DNA of 61,636 bases from contig JBGPBZ010000002.1 of NCBI GenBank assembly GCA_041481535.1, positions 1 through 61,636 of the forward strand, given 5' to 3'. Positions 7,870 through 16,186 of the stretch are shown piece by piece (position 1 is the first letter of the stretch; the number at the start of each line of letters is the position of its first letter). The DNA comes from Dehalococcoidia bacterium. GTDB lineage: Bacteria; Chloroflexota; Dehalococcoidia; SM23-28-2; RBG-16-64-32. The notes below the pieces were generated by a model that did not search any database, had not been told where the DNA came from, and worked only from the letters and a program-made list of their open reading frames with translations. The position numbers and the translations under genes are program-made.

Positions 7870-8739
7870 CTACCCCTCCGAGGAGAAGAATTCGCTGAGC
7901 TTCATGGCCATGCCCATGTTGCCGCCGAGTTTCACCTTGTTGAACGGCCCCGGCATGACGGCGGTGATCGGGTTGAGGTCGCCGGTGGAGAGGTCGATCC
8001 AGCTTTCGGGCTTGGTCTTGATCTCGACGTCGTGCTTTTCGGGCGCACCGTCCTGGGAAACGGCCTTGCCGTGGTTGATGGCGATGCCCCACTGTCCGCC
8101 GCCTGCGCCTTCCATCGTGAAGAGGTAGGTGCATTCAACGTCGGCGGCTTTGTCGCTGCGAAGGATGAGCGGCATGTAGTGGAAGAGGCGGGCCATGTGG
8201 TAGTTCACCTGGTCGGGGGTGCTCCCCTCAATCCAGTGCGGGAGCTTCTTCTTGTTGACTTTGCGGATCTCCTGGTACTGGCCCGGGAGGAAGAGGTAAG
8301 CCCCGAAGAAGAGATCGCGGATGGTGGCGGGGACGTCCCATGACGGGCTCATTGCCGGCTTGTCGAGGTCGGCTTCCGAGAGGCCCTGCAGCATCTGAAT
8401 GTGCTCGCCGAATGTGGACTGCATGAGCTGCAGGAGCTCGGAGACCGGGCGATCGGAGAGGCTCTTGGCCATCTTTTCGCGGAAGGGGATCGTGTCGGAG
8501 CGCTTCTCGAAGCCGTCGACGTGGCCCTTCTCACCGGCGAGCGCCTGTTTTGTGAGAGGCAGCGTCTCCGCCTGCATGGTGGCGGGCATGAGGGCGAGGT
8601 GCTCTCTTGCGGTCCACTCGTCCGTCTTCTTGGCCCACTCTTTGTCGTCGAGTTTGGCGTAGCCGTCGAGCGAACGCTGGAGCGAGGCCGTGTAGAAGCC
8701 GAGGATTTGTTCTTTAGTTGGCTTTGTCATGATTGTCAT
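7870..8739 (-). CDS. DinB/MDMPI-like N-terminal domain fused to an SCP2-like C-terminal domain
   Basis: 289 aa. The C-terminus (PFNKVKLGGNMGMAMKLSEFF) looks SCP2-like. The N-terminus is a DinB-like helical domain. RBS GGGAGGG precedes ATG 8739. Confidence 0.55.
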   Translation of the reverse strand: MTIMTKPTKEQILGFYTASLQRSLDGYAKLDDKEWAKKTDEWTAREHLALMPATMQAETLPLTKQALAGEKGHVDGFEKRSDTIPFREKMAKSLSDRPVSELLQLMQSTFGEHIQMLQGLSEADLDKPAMSPSWDVPATIRDLFFGAYLFLPGQYQEIRKVNKKKLPHWIEGSTPDQVNYHMARLFHYMPLILRSDKAADVECTYLFTMEGAGGGQWGIAINHGKAVSQDGAPEKHDVEIKTKPESWIDLSTGDLNPITAVMPGPFNKVKLGGNMGMAMKLSEFFSSEG

Positions 8740-8784
8740 TTCTAGCCCTCCCGAGGGTTTTAACCGCTTCTGGTGGTATCTGTT

Positions 8785-11115
8785 TCAGGCGTTGGTTCCA
8801 TTGCTCAGCTTACCGAGTGCGCGAAGTAGGCGCTCGGGGGTGATGGGTGCTTCGTTGATGAAGACGCCGGTGGCGTCGGCGATGGCGTTGGCGATGGCGG
8901 CGGCGCCGGCGACGATGGACGGCTCGCCGACGATGCGCGCGCCGTACGGGCCTTCCTCTGACGGCACCTCGACGATGATCGTCTCGATGGGCGGGAGGTC
9001 GCGGGCGGTGGGGAGACGGTAGTCGAGGAGGTTGCCGTTGAGGAGGATGCCGTCCTTGTCGTACTGCATCTCTTCCCAGAGGGCGATGCCGAGGCCCTGC
9101 GAGACGCCTCCCTGCATCTGGCCTTCGACGGAGAGCGGGTTGATTGCGAAGCCGCAGTCCTGCGCGATGGCGTAGCGGAGGACGGTGATATCGCCGGTAT
9201 CGGGATCAACTTCGACCTCGGCGGCCTGGCAGGTGAAGCCGGGCGCCATCTTGGTCGCGGTGATCGCGCCACGGCCAACGACGACGGGATAGCGGGCGCC
9301 GAAGTTCGTCGTCCAGCGGCCGATGCGGGTGAGTGCGATCGACTTCTCGGCGTCGCCGATTACGCGGACGGCGCCGTCTTCGATCTCGAGGTCTTCGGGC
9401 GAGCATTCCATGCGGGTCGCGGCGACTTCGAGGATCTGGCGACGCGCGTCTTCGGCGGCGAGCTTGACGGCGCGTCCGACGGTGTACATGGTCTTCGATC
9501 CGGCGCTCATGCCGGCGTAGGGCGCGGTCTTGGTATCGCCGTAGTTGACGCTGATCCGGTCCAGCGGGACGTTGAGTACCTCGGCGGCGATGGACTGGAA
9601 GCTGGTGTTGACGCCGGTGATGTCGGCCGCGCCGACGGTGACGTTGAACGTCGCGTCCGGGTTCATGGCGACGATGGCGCTGGCGGGCTGCAGTCCGCCC
9701 ATCCAGCCGCCTACGGCGAGACCGACGCCGCGGTTCGGGTGCTGCCTGGACTTGCCGCGCGATTTCCAGAGATCGCTCTCGGAGATCGCGTTGAGGCATT
9801 CAACGAGACCGATGGCCGGGTACGCCTGGCCGTTGGGGAGGGGATCGCCTTCGACGACGGCGTTCTTCAGGCGCACTTCGATGGGATCGAGGCCGAGTTC
9901 CTTCGCCATCATCTCGACCTGGCATTCGATGGCGTAGGTGGCGTTGTGGGCGGAAGGAGCGCGGAGAGCGCCGACGCTGGCCTTGTTGGTCATGACTTCG
10001 TAGCCGACGATGTCGAGGTTTTCGCACTTGTAGTAGCCACCGACGAGCAGCGCGCCCGCCGCAACCGACGCGCCCGGGTAAGCGCCGGTGTCGTAGACGA
10101 GGCGGGACTGGATGGCGGTGATCGTGCCGTCCTTCTTCATTCCGGTCTTGAGATCGACCTGCGCGAAGGCGGCAGGTGTGGCGGCGACCATGTCCTCGCC
10201 GCGGGTCATGATGTACTTCACGGGCCGGTGGACGGCCATCGCGAGGAGCGAGACCATGAGCTCGGTGAGGTATATCTTGCCGCCGAAACCGCCACCCACT
10301 TCAGTCGCGGTGACACGCACCTTCGACTCCGGAATGCCGAGTGACGACGCGAGCTCTTCGCGGATGTAGAACGGGGCCTGGGTGCTGGTCCAGACGCTGA
10401 GCTCGCCGTCGGCGTAGTCGGCGATAGTGGAGTGCGGTTCGATGTAGGACTGGTGGACCATCGCGGAACGCCAGGAGCGCTCGACGATGACGTCGGCCTG
10501 CGCGAAACCGGCCTCAACATCGCCGCGCTTGAATGGCGTGGTCGAGACGATGTTGCTTGCCTTGCCTTCCTGGTTGCCGGACTCGAGGTCGACGGCGACG
10601 TGGCCCTGTTCCTCTGAGCGATCGATGCCGTGCAGCGAGGCGTGGACGAGCGGAGCGCCGTCCTTCATCGCCTCAAGCGGATCGATCACCGGCGGGAGCA
10701 CCTCGAGGTCGAGTTCGATCAGGGCGAGCGCTTGCTCGGCGACGTGCGGATCGGAAGCGAGGACGGCGGCGATCGGCTGGCCGGCAAAGAGCGCCTCGTC
10801 GTCCGGGAAGACGATGGAGCGGCGGTTCGAGGGGTTCTTCTTGTAGAAGGGCAGGTCGGCGGCGGTGATCACCGCCTCGACGCCGGGGAAGGCGCGCGCT
10901 TTGCCGGTGTTTATCGAGCGGATGCGAGCGTGGGCGTACGGACTGCCGAGAATCTTGGCGTGCAGCATGCGCGGCAGGTGCATGTCGTCGGCGAAGATGG
11001 TGCGACCGGTGACCTTGGCAGGGCCCTCGATGCGCGTGACGGGCTTGCCGACGTACTTGTGGCCGTTGGCGTCGCGTTGGGTCTTTTGTTCGGGGCGTGC
11101 TTTTGTTTGTGCCAT
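8785..11115 (-). CDS. Xanthine dehydrogenase-family molybdopterin-binding large subunit (aldehyde oxidase/XDH a/b-hammerhead type)
   Basis: 776 aa with typical XDH-family blocks (GGGFGGK, QGLG..LWEE). No CODH active-site loop (AYxCSFR / AYRGAGR) found by eye. Confidence 0.85.
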   Translation of the reverse strand: MAQTKARPEQKTQRDANGHKYVGKPVTRIEGPAKVTGRTIFADDMHLPRMLHAKILGSPYAHARIRSINTGKARAFPGVEAVITAADLPFYKKNPSNRRSIVFPDDEALFAGQPIAAVLASDPHVAEQALALIELDLEVLPPVIDPLEAMKDGAPLVHASLHGIDRSEEQGHVAVDLESGNQEGKASNIVSTTPFKRGDVEAGFAQADVIVERSWRSAMVHQSYIEPHSTIADYADGELSVWTSTQAPFYIREELASSLGIPESKVRVTATEVGGGFGGKIYLTELMVSLLAMAVHRPVKYIMTRGEDMVAATPAAFAQVDLKTGMKKDGTITAIQSRLVYDTGAYPGASVAAGALLVGGYYKCENLDIVGYEVMTNKASVGALRAPSAHNATYAIECQVEMMAKELGLDPIEVRLKNAVVEGDPLPNGQAYPAIGLVECLNAISESDLWKSRGKSRQHPNRGVGLAVGGWMGGLQPASAIVAMNPDATFNVTVGAADITGVNTSFQSIAAEVLNVPLDRISVNYGDTKTAPYAGMSAGSKTMYTVGRAVKLAAEDARRQILEVAATRMECSPEDLEIEDGAVRVIGDAEKSIALTRIGRWTTNFGARYPVVVGRGAITATKMAPGFTCQAAEVEVDPDTGDITVLRYAIAQDCGFAINPLSVEGQMQGGVSQGLGIALWEEMQYDKDGILLNGNLLDYRLPTARDLPPIETIIVEVPSEEGPYGARIVGEPSIVAGAAAIANAIADATGVFINEAPITPERLLRALGKLSNGTNA

Positions 11116-11211
11116 TGGGAAGCCCTCAGCTTTCAGCAGTCAGCAGTCAGCTTTGGTTGGTACAAAGCGATTGTGCATGGTTCGGACAAATTGCTTGGCG
11201 GCAGTGTAGCT

Positions 11212-11270
11212 CTCACCCCTAGCCCCTCTCCTCCTCCGCGGCGGACAGGCGCTGCGGCGGGCGAGGGGAG
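11212..11270. repeat. Family-B hairpin repeat between the small- and large-subunit genes
   Basis: Read directly: ctcacccctagcccctctcctcctccgcggcggacaggcgctgcggcgggcgaggggag. Confidence 0.7.
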
Positions 11271-11285
11271 CTACAGATCGAGCCG

Positions 11286-11762
11286 TCACTTTGCGGCCAT
11301 TCTCTGGGCGGCGAGTTCGACCGCCTGGAAGATTTTGGTGTAGCCGGTGCAGCGGCAGAGGTTGCCGGCGAGACCGCTGCGGATCTCTTCGAACGTGGGT
11401 TTGGGGTTGTGCTCTAGAAGCGCGGTGGCGGCCATCACCATGCCCGGTGTGCAGAATCCGCACTGGACTCCGCCGGCGTCTATGAATGCCTGCTGGACAG
11501 GATGGAGGTCGCCGTTTGTGGCGAGGCCTTCGATGGAGACGATTGTGCGGCCGTCTGCCTGGGGTGCGAGTATGAGACACGAGGTGATGAGCCTCCCGTC
11601 GACGATCATCGAGCAGGCGCCACAGTCGCCGGTGCCACATCCTTCTTTCGAGCCGGTGTAGCCTAGCGCCTCGCGGACGGTCTCGAGCAGCGTCCAGTTG
11701 GGCTCGACGGCGAGTTCCCGCGATTCGCCGTTGATGCGGAGGTTGATGATTTGCTTGGGCAC
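11286..11762 (-). CDS. (2Fe-2S)-binding small subunit of the XDH-family enzyme
   Basis: 158 aa with Cys clusters CGTGDCGAC and CGFCTPG...CRCTGY. Confidence 0.9.
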   Translation of the reverse strand: MPKQIINLRINGESRELAVEPNWTLLETVREALGYTGSKEGCGTGDCGACSMIVDGRLITSCLILAPQADGRTIVSIEGLATNGDLHPVQQAFIDAGGVQCGFCTPGMVMAATALLEHNPKPTFEEIRSGLAGNLCRCTGYTKIFQAVELAAQRMAAK

Positions 11763-11974
11763 TAGACGGCTACCTTGAGCGTTCCCACGTCCTCAGGGAT
11801 TGGCTCGCCATCTTTTTGTAAAGACTCTAGATAGAGCAGAATCGCTTCCTTGGCGTTTGCGATGGCTTCTTCACGGGTATCACCCTCAGTGATACATCCG
11901 GGGAGCGCGGGGACGGTTACCGTGTATCCGCCTTCCTCCGTATCCGGGTCGAGAATTATCGTGTATTCGCGCAT
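11762..11974 (-). CDS. hicB: HicB-family antitoxin (UPF0150)
   Basis: 70 aa. MREYTIILDPDTEEGGYTVTVPALPGCITEGDTREEAIANAKEAI is the canonical HicB N-domain. Its stop overlaps the small-subunit GTG. Confidence 0.8.
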   Translation of the reverse strand: MREYTIILDPDTEEGGYTVTVPALPGCITEGDTREEAIANAKEAILLYLESLQKDGEPIPEDVGTLKVAV

Positions 11975-11981
11975 CTTATCC

Positions 11982-12209
11982 TCACAGCAACTCTATGAAC
12001 TCGTCGACGGTAAGACCCGCCTGCTCGATGATGCTTGCCAGCGTCTTAGGCTTGATGGTCGTTCGATGCATCGCCAAAGTCACTCTCCTCGGCGATCCGT
12101 CTGGTCGTTTGAATATCGTATAACCTCCACGTCCCCCGTGTACGATCCAACCCCCACGAACGAGCGCTCTCTAGACTTGTGCCGGCGTGACACGCGGTAG
12201 TTTCGGCAC
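11982..12209 (-). pseudogene. hicA: hicA toxin with an in-frame TAG at codon 13
   Basis: Hand translation from GTG 12209: MPKLPRVTPAQV*RALVRGGWIVHGGRGGYTIFKRPDGSPRRVTLAMHRTTIKPKTLASIIEQAGLTVDEFIELL. The TAG lies at 12171..12173. Missing from the ORF track because each piece is under 60 aa. Confidence 0.75.
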
Positions 12210-12210
12210 A

Positions 12211-13110
12211 TCAGCCTCTCGCTCTCTCGGCGGCGCGCGATAGCATGCGAGCCGTTATCACTTTGACGAGGTGGCGGCGGAAGTCGGCGGAGCCGCGAAC
12301 GTCTGCGATGGGGCTGGCCTCGGCGGTCGCGGCTTCGGCGGCGCGGGCGAAGACGTCTTCGGTGGGAGATTGGCCTTCGAGGACGGCTTCGGCTTTCGAT
12401 GCGCGAATGGGCATCGGAGCGACCGCGCCGAGAGCAACGCGCGCGGTGGTGATCTTGCCGCTCGCCAGGGTGAGCGCCACGCCGACACCGACGACGGCGA
12501 TGTCCATCTGCTTGCGCGGGGTATGTCGCTGGTAGGCGCTGGCGGTTCCCGCGTGTGGTGTTGGCAATCGCAGCTCGGCGAGCAGCTCGCCGGGCTCAAG
12601 GGAAGTGACGCCCGGGCCGCGAAAGAACTGGGTTAGCGGAATCGTGCGGCGGCCGGTGGGACCAACGATCAGGCAGTCGGCCTCGAAGACGAGGAGGGGC
12701 GGCGCGGTGTCGGCGGAAGGCGCGGCGTTGCAGACGTTGCCGCCGACGGTGCCCATGTTCATCGTCTGGTTGGAGCCGACGACGCCCGCGCCTTCGGCTA
12801 GCGCCTGGTAGCGCTCGCGGATGACGGAATGCGCGGCGATCTCGGCCATCGTTGTGCCGGCGCCGATGCGGAGGCCGTCCGTCTCAGTGAAGGCGATGCC
12901 GCGAAGCTCGGAGATACGGTCCAGGCTGACGACCATTTGCGGGTAAGGGAACCTGGTGCGGCCTTCCTTCATCTGGACGACGATGTCCGTACCGCCTGCG
13001 ACGGGACGCGCGCCCTCACGCAGCTCGTGCAGCAGCGCGATGGCCTCGTCGAGCGTCTTGGGGGCGTAGTAGTCGAATGGGCGCAAGCGTACCTCCGTTC
13101 GTGGATTCAT
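12211..13110 (-). CDS. FAD-binding medium subunit of the XDH-family enzyme
   Basis: 299 aa with a CoxM/XdhB-like FAD_binding_5 pattern (AGGTDIVVQMKEG, GGNVCNAAPSAD). Confidence 0.85.
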   Translation of the reverse strand: MNPRTEVRLRPFDYYAPKTLDEAIALLHELREGARPVAGGTDIVVQMKEGRTRFPYPQMVVSLDRISELRGIAFTETDGLRIGAGTTMAEIAAHSVIRERYQALAEGAGVVGSNQTMNMGTVGGNVCNAAPSADTAPPLLVFEADCLIVGPTGRRTIPLTQFFRGPGVTSLEPGELLAELRLPTPHAGTASAYQRHTPRKQMDIAVVGVGVALTLASGKITTARVALGAVAPMPIRASKAEAVLEGQSPTEDVFARAAEAATAEASPIADVRGSADFRRHLVKVITARMLSRAAERARG

Positions 13111-13149
13111 ATTCTAAGGGGTCGCGGGGAAGGCTGCTATAGATGGGTG

Positions 13150-14289
13150 CTAACCGGCTCCGGTCAGACCCGTCAGGCGCGCGTCGCCCACGCCCTTCGC
13201 CTGGATGAGGACGCGGATGCGGCCGAGGCCGCCGGGGTCGAGGAGTTCGGTGACGGCGCGGCGGCGGGCGGCGTACTCCTCGAGGTTCGTTGAGTCGGGC
13301 GGTGTGGCGAGCGCTTCGGTGATGCCGAGGTTTTCGAGGAACTGCGATTGGGTGATGAGGCCGAGCGTGCGGAGGCCGCTCTCTTCGCCGTCGCGGCGGA
13401 TGGACGTGAAGTCGACGTGGGCGGTGAGGTCCTGGCGGCCGATGCGGGCGTAGGGGTCGGTGCTGGGGTTCTGGCGGTAGAAGGCGAGGAGCGTGCCGCC
13501 GGTGCGCCAGGGGGCGTAGAGGTCGGAGGCTTCGTAACCGTAGTCGATCGCCAGGAGAAAGCCGCGGGCGAGTGATGCGGCGGCAGATCGCACCCAGGCG
13601 AGCGCTTCGAGGTTAACCTCGGCGCGGCAGCCTTCGCCGGGGAGAAGACGGAGCGCATCGAAGTAGTTGATGACTTCGGGCGCGGGATCGCGCAGCTCTT
13701 CGGTGAAACGAGCGCCGTCCCAGGTGACGTAGATCTCGCGGAGGCGGCCGTTCTCGAGGGCGACGCGGTGGACGGGCATGGCGTCGAGGAGCTCATTGGA
13801 CAAGATCACGCCGGTGATGTTAGGTGGAAGTTTGGTCGACCACGCCACCTTCTCAGCGAGACCGTGGGCGGTGAGGCGTTCGCGCTGGCGGGCGATGGCG
13901 GGTTGGTGGGGCTCGACGATTGTGTAGCGGACTGCGGTCAAGAGATCGGGCGCGGTGCGTTGGGCCCAGGAGAGGATGTCGCGGGCTAGCACGCCGGAGC
14001 CGGCACCCGCTTCGACAAGATCGATCGACGGCGGCGAGCCCAGCGCCTCCCACAACTCATGGAGCTGGCGGCCGAGCATGGCTCCGAAGATGGGGGAGAG
14101 CTCGGGGCTGGTAACGTAGTCGGCGTCGCGGCCGATGGGGTCGCGGGCGCCAGCGTAGTAGCCGAGGCCCGGGTGGTAGAGGGCCATGGCCATGAAGTCG
14201 CGGAAGCAGATGCCGCCTTCGGCCTGAATGCGGGCGACGATGGCGGACTTGAGGGCGGCGTTCTCTGTGACGGGCTCGAATTCGGTCAC
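13150..14289 (-). CDS. MidA/NDUFAF7-family class I SAM-dependent methyltransferase (DUF185)
   Basis: Blocks FRDFMAMALYHPGLGYY, DYVTSPELSPIFG, LVEAGAGSG, SNELLDAMP and DLTAHVDF. I start at GTG 14289. The ORF-track start at 14598 would overlap modA and a repeat array. Confidence 0.8.
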   Translation of the reverse strand: MTEFEPVTENAALKSAIVARIQAEGGICFRDFMAMALYHPGLGYYAGARDPIGRDADYVTSPELSPIFGAMLGRQLHELWEALGSPPSIDLVEAGAGSGVLARDILSWAQRTAPDLLTAVRYTIVEPHQPAIARQRERLTAHGLAEKVAWSTKLPPNITGVILSNELLDAMPVHRVALENGRLREIYVTWDGARFTEELRDPAPEVINYFDALRLLPGEGCRAEVNLEALAWVRSAAASLARGFLLAIDYGYEASDLYAPWRTGGTLLAFYRQNPSTDPYARIGRQDLTAHVDFTSIRRDGEESGLRTLGLITQSQFLENLGITEALATPPDSTNLEEYAARRRAVTELLDPGGLGRIRVLIQAKGVGDARLTGLTGAG

Positions 14290-14298
14290 GAGAAGAAT

Positions 14299-14331
14299 GG
14301 TAGGGGTTGGAGGTAGGAGGTAGGAAGTGGG
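14299..14331. repeat. Tandem 7-nt array (GGTAGGA/GGAGGTA units) upstream of the MidA start
   Basis: Read directly: ggtaggggttggaggtaggaggtaggaagtggg. The same unit family recurs at 32100..32146. Confidence 0.75.
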
Positions 14332-14362
14332 ACGAGAGCGGGCGATCGTGTAGTTTGGGGTC

Positions 14363-15217
14363 GTGATTTCGAGCTCATTGCGTGTCCGGGGCGCATTCGT
14401 GGTTGTTGTACTGCTGGCCACCGCCTGCCTCTTGATGCTGGCCGGTTGCGGAAACGACGATGCGCCGAGCAGCAGCAGCCAGCCCGGCGACTTCGCCGGC
14501 AAGAGCATCACGGTGTTTGCGGCGTCGTCTTTGACCGAAGCATTCAACGACCTGGGCCAGCGGTTCACCGCCGACACGGGCGCGGGCGTGACGTTCAACT
14601 TTGGCGGGTCGGCGGACTTGCGGGCGCAGCTGGAGCAGGGCGCGCCGGCGGATGTATTTGCCTCCGCGGATACGAAGCAGATGGGGCTGGCGAAGGACGC
14701 GGGCGTCGTTCAGGATGACGGGACGATCTTTGTGCGCAACGAGCTCGTGGTGATTATCCCTCAGGAGAACCGGGCGGGAGTAGCTACTCTGCAAGACCTC
14801 GCGAAGCCGGATGTGAAGATCGCGCTGGCGGATGAAACGGTGCCGGTGGGGAAGTATGCGCGGGAGTTCCTCTTCAACGCGGCGACCGATCCGACGTTCG
14901 ATGTTAACTACGACGACAATGTGCTCGCGAACGTTGTGACGAACGCCTCGAACGTGAAGGAGGTCGTGGCGGCGGTGCAGTTGGACGAAGTAGACGCAGG
15001 GATCGTCTACAAGACGGACGTGACTGCCGACATCGCTTTCGACGTGACGACGATCGACATCCCAGAGGAGTTGAACGTGATCGCGACGTACCCGATCGCG
15101 CTGACGACGAACGGGCAGGCGCAGGCGAAGGACGCGGCGCGAGCGTTCATAGATTATCTCTTGAGTGGTGCAGGCCAGGCGGCGCTTGCGTTCCACGGAT
15201 TCCTGGAGGTGCAGTAA
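14363..15217 (+). CDS. modA: Molybdate ABC transporter substrate-binding protein
   Basis: 284 aa. Lipoprotein signal (LMLAGC), then the ModA block ITVFAASSLTEAF..FGGS..L..Q...GAPADVFASAD. Confidence 0.9.
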   Translation: MISSSLRVRGAFVVVVLLATACLLMLAGCGNDDAPSSSSQPGDFAGKSITVFAASSLTEAFNDLGQRFTADTGAGVTFNFGGSADLRAQLEQGAPADVFASADTKQMGLAKDAGVVQDDGTIFVRNELVVIIPQENRAGVATLQDLAKPDVKIALADETVPVGKYAREFLFNAATDPTFDVNYDDNVLANVVTNASNVKEVVAAVQLDEVDAGIVYKTDVTADIAFDVTTIDIPEELNVIATYPIALTTNGQAQAKDAARAFIDYLLSGAGQAALAFHGFLEVQ

Positions 15218-16041
15218 TGGCGGTACAAGTCGAGCGGAGCCGATCGCTGCAGGTGGCGGCGGAGACGATGACGATCGTCATCGTGTCGACGATCGTGCTG
15301 CTGTTCCTGGCGCTGCCGGTGTTCGCCATCATCGAACGGGCGCTCGAGAAGACGGACGTGATCGACGTAGCGTCGTCGTCGGAGGTGACGCAGGCACTGC
15401 GGCTGAGCTTCGAGACGACGGCGATCTCGCTGGCGCTGGTCATCGCGTTCGGGACACCGCTGGCGTACTGGCTAGCACGGACGCGATTGCCGGGACATGA
15501 GGTGATCGATGCGTTGATCGACCTGCCGATCGTGCTGCCGCCGGCGGCTGGCGGCCTTGGGTTGCTGATGGCGTTTGGGCGGAACGGGATCCTTGGATCG
15601 TCGCTGCACGACATCGGGGTCGATCTGGCGTTCACGACGGCGGCGGTGGTGATGGCGCAGACGTTTGTGGCGAGTCCGTTCTATATCCGTGCCGCGAAGG
15701 CGGGGTTCGAGGCGATTGACCGCGACCTGGAGGATGTGGCGCAGACGCTCGGCTCGTCGCGGGCCGGGGTGTTCTTTCGCGTGGCGATACCGGCGGCGAT
15801 TCCGGCGCTGATGGCAGGGGCCGTGATGGCGTGGGCGCGCGCGCTGGGAGAGTTTGGGGCGACGATCATGTTCGCGGGGAGCTTCCCCGGCCGCACGCAG
15901 ACGGTGCCGCTGGCGGTTTACCGGTCGCTGGAGACGGGGACCGATGTCCCGCTGGCGCTGTCGGCGATCCTTGTGGCGATTTCGTTTGCGGTGTTGCTGG
16001 CGTTTCGGCTGTTGATGAAGCGCACAGCGTTCACGCTGTAG
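15217..16041 (+). CDS. modB: Molybdate ABC transporter permease
   Basis: 274 aa with multiple TM segments and a ModB-like EAA loop (DLEDVAQTLGSSRAGVFFRVAIP). TAATG overlap with modA. Confidence 0.9.
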   Translation: MAVQVERSRSLQVAAETMTIVIVSTIVLLFLALPVFAIIERALEKTDVIDVASSSEVTQALRLSFETTAISLALVIAFGTPLAYWLARTRLPGHEVIDALIDLPIVLPPAAGGLGLLMAFGRNGILGSSLHDIGVDLAFTTAAVVMAQTFVASPFYIRAAKAGFEAIDRDLEDVAQTLGSSRAGVFFRVAIPAAIPALMAGAVMAWARALGEFGATIMFAGSFPGRTQTVPLAVYRSLETGTDVPLALSAILVAISFAVLLAFRLLMKRTAFTL

Positions 16042-16076
16042 GCGGCGTTAGTACTGGGAAGCGGCGTATTGGGAAC

Positions 16077-16113
16077 CGCAGATGACGCAGATGGACGCAG
16101 ATTTGGCGCAGAT
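16077..16113. repeat. Tandem array of CGCAGAT(G/T) units
   Basis: Read directly: cgcagatgacgcagatggacgcagatttggcgcagat. Confidence 0.75.
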
Positions 16114-16186
16114 TAGGGTTTGATGATTGGGGCGCGTCAGAGTTCAATCCGCCGCCGTATCGCGCGCGTCCGGTAGTCTTAGGGGC

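Noticed and set aside
8785-13110. Calling the L/S/M genes carbon monoxide dehydrogenase (coxLSM).
   Set aside because: The large subunit lacks the CODH active-site loops (AYxCSFR or AYRGAGR) by eye. Only membership of the XDH / aldehyde oxidoreductase family is supportable.
14290-14362. Moco riboswitch upstream of modABC.
   Set aside because: The gap is only ~73 nt and is filled by a heptamer repeat array. There is no room for the ~130-nt Moco motif.
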